Part shown: piece by piece, positions 58,125 through 64,000 of the stretch | How the letters are laid out: each line of letters begins with the position of its first letter | How positions within the stretch are numbered: the first letter of the stretch is position 1 | Assembly: GCA_963729045.1 (NCBI GenBank) | Contig: CAVSMN010000012.1 | Location: 160,001 to 224,000 of the forward strand | Source of the DNA: an uncultured Nitrososphaeraceae archaeon | GTDB taxonomy: Archaea; Thermoproteota; Nitrososphaeria; Nitrososphaerales; Nitrososphaeraceae | Length of the DNA stretch: 64,000 bases | Direction: 5' to 3' | Made by a program: the position numbers and the translations under genes | The notes under the pieces: model-generated | Database searches by the model: none | What the model was told of the DNA's origin: nothing | The model's input: only the letters and a program-made list of their open reading frames with translations

Positions 58125-58468
58125 TGATCTGTAATTAAAAAATTACAACCGACAAGAAAATTAGTGAATTAATACACTATAACACGTTTATCTGGTACTA
58201 TTAACATGATTTTGAAAATTTTGTTCATGACTATATTGTGCGTAAAGAGTAGTGTCGTATATTGGAATCAATTATTTGTGGTGCTATAGTTATTGATATC
58301 TTTACTATTCAACGGAGTTTTTCTAATTGTATCTATATATTTATTTACATTGGGATAATAGTTTTTATCACATATTGAATACATTTGAGTTCCTACTAAC
58401 GAGATTTTAATATTAGTAAGTATGATATAAACATCTAAATATCAATCTTATACTAAATTCTCGTTATA

Positions 58469-59458
58469 TTGAAAAGTATTTGTATATCCCATAAGGAAGA
58501 TGTTGATGGGATAGTTTCCGCTGCGTTACTACAAAACGCTTTGAAGATTAGGAACATATTTTTGGTAGATTATCCAAATTTATTGAATTCCTTAGACTAT
58601 ACCATATCTCTATGTCATAAGAATAGAAAATTCTCAAGAGTTTTTATTTGTGATGTTGGTCTAAACAAAAAGAATCAAAACTTATTTATAGACAAGTTGA
58701 AGATCCTACTTCTTAGAAATATAGAAGTTATCTATATAGATCATCACTATCTTGAGGTGGAAATAAGAAGAGAGCTGGAATCAATTGGGGTGAAACTAAT
58801 TCATGATATCAATGATTGCACTTCTGTTCAAATTTATCATTTAGTTAGAACAAAATTAAGCAGTAGGTTTGCGTTTTACGCTGCTGCAGCAGCATTAACG
58901 GATTATATGGAGTCAAATCCAAAGGCAAGTTTATTAGTTAGTAAATATGATCGAACGTTCTTAATGTTGGAATCGTGTTTCTTATCATATATCATATCTT
59001 CTTCGCAAAAGAATATTGACTTTCTAAAGTTTATCTCTAGAGCGATATCCAAAGGTAAAATGCCGCATGAGATTAAGAATGGATTTAGATTGGTCAGGGA
59101 GTTTTGTGAGAAGATTAATAAAGCAATTACCATAGTAGAAGAACAATCTAAGCACTTGAACAATATCTCATATTTTGAACATAATTTAGAGTTGTCTTCA
59201 AGCATGATAGTAAATTTCGTTTTGGGTATTACGGGTAAGAAGGTTGGAATAGCATTTAAATTAAAATCAAATATTAATTCATATATTCTTTCTATTCGTG
59301 GATCTAAGGAATGCAAGATTCATCTGGGGATGATAGTAAACAATTTGTCTGCGGAATTAAATGGTAGCGGAGGTGGGCATGATAAAGCATGCGGAGCTGT
59401 AATACCTACAGAGAATTTCAATAAATTTTTAGATAAATTAGATCAAGCAATCATCTAA
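58469..59458 (+). CDS. DHH/DHHA1 phosphoesterase
   Basis: H..DVDG, CD, IDHH, SIR, GGGH..ACG. Confidence 0.88.
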   Translation: MKSICISHKEDVDGIVSAALLQNALKIRNIFLVDYPNLLNSLDYTISLCHKNRKFSRVFICDVGLNKKNQNLFIDKLKILLLRNIEVIYIDHHYLEVEIRRELESIGVKLIHDINDCTSVQIYHLVRTKLSSRFAFYAAAAALTDYMESNPKASLLVSKYDRTFLMLESCFLSYIISSSQKNIDFLKFISRAISKGKMPHEIKNGFRLVREFCEKINKAITIVEEQSKHLNNISYFEHNLELSSSMIVNFVLGITGKKVGIAFKLKSNINSYILSIRGSKECKIHLGMIVNNLSAELNGSGGGHDKACGAVIPTENFNKFLDKLDQAII

Positions 59459-59511
59459 CCATATCCAAAAAACTATTTAATCAATATTTGATTTATAACA
59501 TAGATTCCAAT

Positions 59512-60027
59512 ATGACCAGAATAGGAGAGATATATCGTAGGGTTCATGGTAGATTAGTTGAACGACCGACTAATTTTAGTTGGGTGATCCCACAAAAGTT
59601 GGCTGGTAGTGGCTTGCCATCATCTTATGATCAACTCACATGGCTTGCATCTAATAATATAAAAAGTTTGGTTACTGTCAGAGAGATTCCCTTACCAGAA
59701 ATTTGGATTCAAAAAGTGAATTCTCAAAACTACGAGTTAGAAAATTATTTTTTGAAAACAGATGATTATAATGCTCCAACTATCGACGAAATTCATGAAG
59801 TGGTGGATTATATCGAAAAAAAGATCGAAGGAAATAAGCCAGTATTGGTTCACTGTGCTGCAGGAAAGGGAAGGACAGGAACCATCTTGGCGGCATATTT
59901 GATAAAAAAGGATGGGTTGACTCCATATGAAGCAGTAAAGAAATTGAGACTAATGAGACCTGGATCAGTTCAATCAGAACGACAATCTATGGCCATTGAA
60001 CATTATCATAGATTCCTTAACCAATAA
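59512..60027 (+). CDS. dual-specificity / tyrosine phosphatase
   Basis: VHCAAGKGRTG (CX5R), D..AP, RPGS.Q...Q. Confidence 0.92.
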   Translation: MTRIGEIYRRVHGRLVERPTNFSWVIPQKLAGSGLPSSYDQLTWLASNNIKSLVTVREIPLPEIWIQKVNSQNYELENYFLKTDDYNAPTIDEIHEVVDYIEKKIEGNKPVLVHCAAGKGRTGTILAAYLIKKDGLTPYEAVKKLRLMRPGSVQSERQSMAIEHYHRFLNQ

Positions 60028-60084
60028 ATTTAGTACTATTAGTAAAACTGTAAAATTTAAATTGACTCAAAAGTTCCATATCTA

Positions 60085-61867
60085 TTGACGATTAACATGA
60101 TGTTCAATTCCTTACAAGATTATCGAGTTAGAATTAATAAAAAGATGAAAGTGATTATAGTATTTCTAGCATCATTTTTTATCATCACTTCTCTATTTTC
60201 TATTAATACTTTTAATTCTGTCCAATTAGTTAGTGGGTCGGAAGATAACCTAACTTTAGACCTCGATCAAATGGCCACCCGCGATAGTCCCGATCATACC
60301 ACCAGAGAATATAGTAATTCGCTACCTGATCTATTTGATAGGGTCGAGAAATCAGTGGTTCAGATAACTGAACCGGGGAACACCCAAGCTACCGAACCTA
60401 ACCCATCAAGATTGGGATCTGGATTTGTATATGATAAATTAGGACACATTGTTACTAACTTTCACGTGGTAGATGGTTCAAAGAATAATAAAGTCTACGT
60501 AACATTTCTGGATGGAGTATCATATGAAGGTGATATTATAGGAACCGATCCTTATTCAGACCTCGCCGTTCTTAAACTTTCTGAAGTGGATAAGAATATT
60601 AGTTCCAAATTGGTCCCATTAGAATTGGGTAATTCTTCTACGATTCGAATCGGACAAAAAGTTGTAGACTGTTGGAAACCCTTTTGGATTGTCGGGATCC
60701 CTATCTGAAGGCATTATCAGTGGTCTAGGAAGGCTAATGCCAGCTGGCGATAACGGTGGATCCCCGCAAAATCCGTTTGATAAACCCCAGATAATGAAAC
60801 CAGTTCCGTCATTTTCAATACCTGACATCATTCAAACAGATGCCGCCATAAATCCCGGTAACTCAGGAGGTCCACTAATTGATATGAATGCCAATGTTAT
60901 CGGAATTAATACGGCTATTTTCTCCAATACTGGGGTTTATTCTGGGATCGGATTTGCCATTCCTTCTAATTTTCTGACAAAAATTGTACCCCTCTTAATA
61001 AAAAACGGAGAATACGATCATCCATACATTGGGATAAATGGGTTTGATATAACTCCAGAGATAGCAAAATTATTGAATTTGCCTGAAGCTGTGGGCTTTT
61101 TAGTGATCAATGTTACGGATGATAGTCCTGCCAAACTGGCTGGGATACTAGGGGGCAATAAGAGCATGCTAATAAACGGATTGCCTATCGAACTTGGTGG
61201 CGATATAGTTACCGAGATAGATGGCAAGTCTGTTAGAAAAGTGGATGACATTTTATCATATTTAGAGAATTACAAGCGTATAGGTGATAACGTTACTCTA
61301 ACAGTATTAAGAGGTCCAGATCTTGTTAAACAGGTCATAACGATCCCATTAACTGCTAGACCGTCCTTGGAAACGAATTTGACTCATCCATCTTTGGGCG
61401 TAATAGGTTTGGATGTAACCCCTGAAATTGCCAAGTTAATGAATATCTCACGTGACAATGGCTTTTTAATTACCAGCATAATTGGTAATAGTTCTGCTTC
61501 TAAAGCGAATTTGAGGGGTAGCTATGTAGTTACCGAGGTTAATGGGACAGTATTGGAGTTAGGAGGAGACATAATAGTAAAGATGGATAATGTCGATATA
61601 AAGAACCAAATGGACATAAAGAATTACTTAAAGACAAAGAATATTGGCGATTCTATTGTCATTACCTTGTTAAGAGACGAACACTATTTAACAAAATCCC
61701 TAGTTCTTGAACCGATTAGCGAAAATCAACGAATATTGGAGGATTCCAAAAAAACTACAAATGATTTGTCTCATCCTCTCTCACAGGATGACCTTAAAGA
61801 ATTTTTAGAGTCATGCGCAAAGGTGTTGCCTAGGGAGGCTTGCGAATCGATGATAATCATAAAATAA
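60085..61867 (+). CDS. HtrA/DegP-like serine protease with two PDZ domains, frameshift near 60668
   Basis: [29 protein letters not shown], two (Y/S)(I/L)G...GD(I)I PDZ repeats. Confidence 0.9.
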
Positions 61868-61919
61868 TATTCTCGCAATACATGATATATATCGGCCTTA
61901 AAATATAGTTATAGGGAAC

Positions 61920-62345
61920 ATGATTTCAAGGAATGAAGATGAATTCCACTTGTTTTGTAAACACGTAGTGGATTTGGATCCAAGTATACGCTTTGCGGGT
62001 ATCGCGGATGAGGATGGAAAATTGGAATCCATAGCCGAAAGAATCGGGCTAGTCCCACTCTTAACTCCTGAGGAGAGGGCTCAATATGCCATTACTGCTG
62101 CTACCAGGCAGTATACACGTTTGAGGTGGGAATACATGTTAGGTAAAATACAATATGCTAGTTCAAAATACGAACGCCTGATTAGAGCTACCATACCAAT
62201 TACTGACGAAAATAGTACTTTATCGTATGTCTTACTATTGTCTTTCGATCCTGAGATTACAAATGTTCATCAAATTATTACAGAAAAAATAATTCCGTTT
62301 ATAAACGAGAACAAAACCAACCTGACGAAATTACACAATAAGTAA
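61920..62345 (+). CDS. hypothetical protein (possible roadblock/profilin-like fold)
   Basis: 141 aa ORF, LDPSIRFAGIAD..G...LG.I.Y pattern; no firm function. Confidence 0.6.
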   Translation: MISRNEDEFHLFCKHVVDLDPSIRFAGIADEDGKLESIAERIGLVPLLTPEERAQYAITAATRQYTRLRWEYMLGKIQYASSKYERLIRATIPITDENSTLSYVLLLSFDPEITNVHQIITEKIIPFINENKTNLTKLHNK

Positions 62346-62468
62346 GAATGACAACCTTATTAGACATGTTGTATTCGAATAAGTTTTTTTTATTGTAATA
62401 TTTTTCGAGTAAAATTTACCTATAATAAACGAAGATGTTATATACCCGAAAAATCTACCTAATGGTGC

Positions 62469-62663
62469 ATGAATAAGTTCAATGTATTCGTAGTTTTAAG
62501 TATCGTAGCTGCAGCATCTTTATTTGGAGCAATGGTAACACCAGCTCTCGCACAAGACAATATGACAATGACCATGGACAACTCCTCAATGCCAATGGAC
62601 AATATGTCAATGCCAATGGACGACAATATGACTATGACGATGGATAATAGTACAGTATCTTAA
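62469..62663 (+). CDS. small secreted Met-rich repeat protein
   Basis: 28 aa signal peptide ending ALA, TTATATA ~25-30 nt upstream, T-tracts downstream. Confidence 0.8.
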   Translation: MNKFNVFVVLSIVAAASLFGAMVTPALAQDNMTMTMDNSSMPMDNMSMPMDDNMTMTMDNSTVS

Positions 62664-62690
62664 GCTAGATTAAGATATTAACCAATAATA

Positions 62691-62737
62691 TTTTTTTTAG
62701 AATTGATTTTTTATTTTTTACACTTATATTTTTTTTG
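62691..62737 (+). terminator. oligo-T tracts, probable archaeal terminator
   Basis: Several runs of 6-9 T just after the Met-rich gene. Confidence 0.45.
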
Positions 62738-62790
62738 AAATCGATGATATGTAACCGATGATTAAATAAGGCTAAATATAATTATTTTTA

Positions 62791-64000
62791 ATGACTTTTG
62801 ACAATCTATCCGAATACTTGAACGCCTTAGAATCAGCTGGCGAATTAATAAAAGTGCAGACGGAAGTAAATTCTGATTTAGAAGTCGCTGAGATTATGAG
62901 ACGTTTGATGTATACAAAGAAAAGTCCAGCTATTCTCTTTGAAAACATAAAGGATTTTGAAATACCCATCCTCGGCAACGCATTCGGATCGATTAAGAGA
63001 TTACAAATAGCTTTAGACTTGGATGATTTTTCAGAAATAGGGAATAGAATAGTTGAGATGACCCGGATGAAAATGCCATCAGGGGTTCTAAATAAACTAA
63101 AAATGCTTCCAAGGTTATCGGAAATCTCTGAGTACGGCCCTAAAATTGTGGATAAAGGTCAGGTCCAAGAGGTCATTGAAACACATAATCCTTCCTTCAA
63201 GCAATTTCCTATTCTCAAATCCTTTAAACAAGATGCAGGAAGATTTATTACCTTTGGAATGACCGTTACCAAACATCCAGAGACCGCCATTCGAAACATA
63301 GGGGTTTATCGCATTCAAATTTTGAATGACAATCAAGCGATAATGCACTGGCAGATTCATAAACGTGGTGCTCAGCATTCTGATATCTCAAAAGAATCTA
63401 AAAAACCAATCGAAGCAGCAATAGTAATTGGGGCCGACCCCGGGACTATTTTCAGCAGCATAGCCCCAGTTCCGGAGGGTATGGATAAATTTCTATTTGC
63501 AGGTATTTCTCGGAAGAAAGGGGTCAAAATGGTAAAGTGCGAAACAGTAGATTTGGAGGTTCCAGCTAATTCAGAAATCGTATTTGAGGGCGTCATCAAT
63601 CCAGAACATCTTGAAACTGAAGGGCCATTTGGTGATCATACTGGATATTATACCCCCCCTGACAAATTCCCTGTATTTACATTAACCGGTGTTATGCATA
63701 GAAAAAAGCCTATTTATTTAACCACTGTAGTGGGAAAACCCATTCTCGAGGATGCTTATTTTGGAAAGGTGATAGAAAGATCTTTTTTACCTTTGATACA
63801 GATGTTCCAACCCGAGGTAGTAGATTTCTCGATGCCGGCAGCCGGATGGTTTCAAGGATTGGGAATTATCTCTATTAAGAAGAGATACCCTGGGCAAGCA
63901 AAAAAGGTGATGATGGGATTATGGGGGTTGGGCCAACTTTCCTTAACTAAGATTTTTGTAGTAGTTGACCATGATATTGATGTTCATGATATAGATAAGA
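62791..64000 (+). CDS. ubiD: UbiD-family decarboxylase, runs off window end
   Basis: Open frame from ATG 62791: GEL..V...V...LE, DAGRF, N.GVYRIQ, HWQIHK.G, EGPFGDHTGYY, KRYPGQAKK; absent from the track because there is no stop. Confidence 0.92.
   Translation, partial: MTFDNLSEYLNALESAGELIKVQTEVNSDLEVAEIMRRLMYTKKSPAILFENIKDFEIPILGNAFGSIKRLQIALDLDDFSEIGNRIVEMTRMKMPSGVLNKLKMLPRLSEISEYGPKIVDKGQVQEVIETHNPSFKQFPILKSFKQDAGRFITFGMTVTKHPETAIRNIGVYRIQILNDNQAIMHWQIHKRGAQHSDISKESKKPIEAAIVIGADPGTIFSSIAPVPEGMDKFLFAGISRKKGVKMVKCETVDLEVPANSEIVFEGVINPEHLETEGPFGDHTGYYTPPDKFPVFTLTGVMHRKKPIYLTTVVGKPILEDAYFGKVIERSFLPLIQMFQPEVVDFSMPAAGWFQGLGIISIKKRYPGQAKKVMMGLWGLGQLSLTKIFVVVDHDIDVHDIDK

Overview
AT-rich archaeal chromosome segment. 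The 16S sequence and gene content point to an ammonia-oxidising Nitrososphaerota, most like Ca. Nitrosocosmicus (my inference, no search run). It is mostly core genome: a LysW-dependent Arg/Lys biosynthesis cluster (argG-argX-lysY-lysZ-lysJ-lysM-homocitrate synthase-lysW-lysX-lysK), dph5, two TFB paralogues and TBP, ahcY, a peptide ABC transporter, nop5-fibrillarin-rnhB-trm1, rpl39e/rpl31e, a divergent ftsZ, an MtaB-type methylthiotransferase, hemL, a 16S-23S operon with a ~970 nt tRNA-free spacer, two tRNAs (Leu-CAA with a 13 nt intron, Val-CAC), HtrA and a UbiD gene running off the end. About 16 genes carry frameshifts, most likely uncorrected assembly indels rather than pseudogenes. Best lead: the ~1.3 kb stretch between rnhB and trm1 has no credible long CDS, is rich in base-pairable helices and carries archaeal RNase P RNA-like motifs in the right order but spread over ~1,000 nt. 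It is a candidate giant or highly diverged RNase P RNA, or a new large ncRNA. Other leads: a LysW carrier ending in Gln instead of the catalytic Glu, a secreted Met-rich mini-protein in which every Asn is a glycosylation sequon, a two-module Cys-Cys repeat surface protein, a candidate LysM operator palindrome and two small ORFs missed by the track. No CRISPR array, transposase or integrase was seen.
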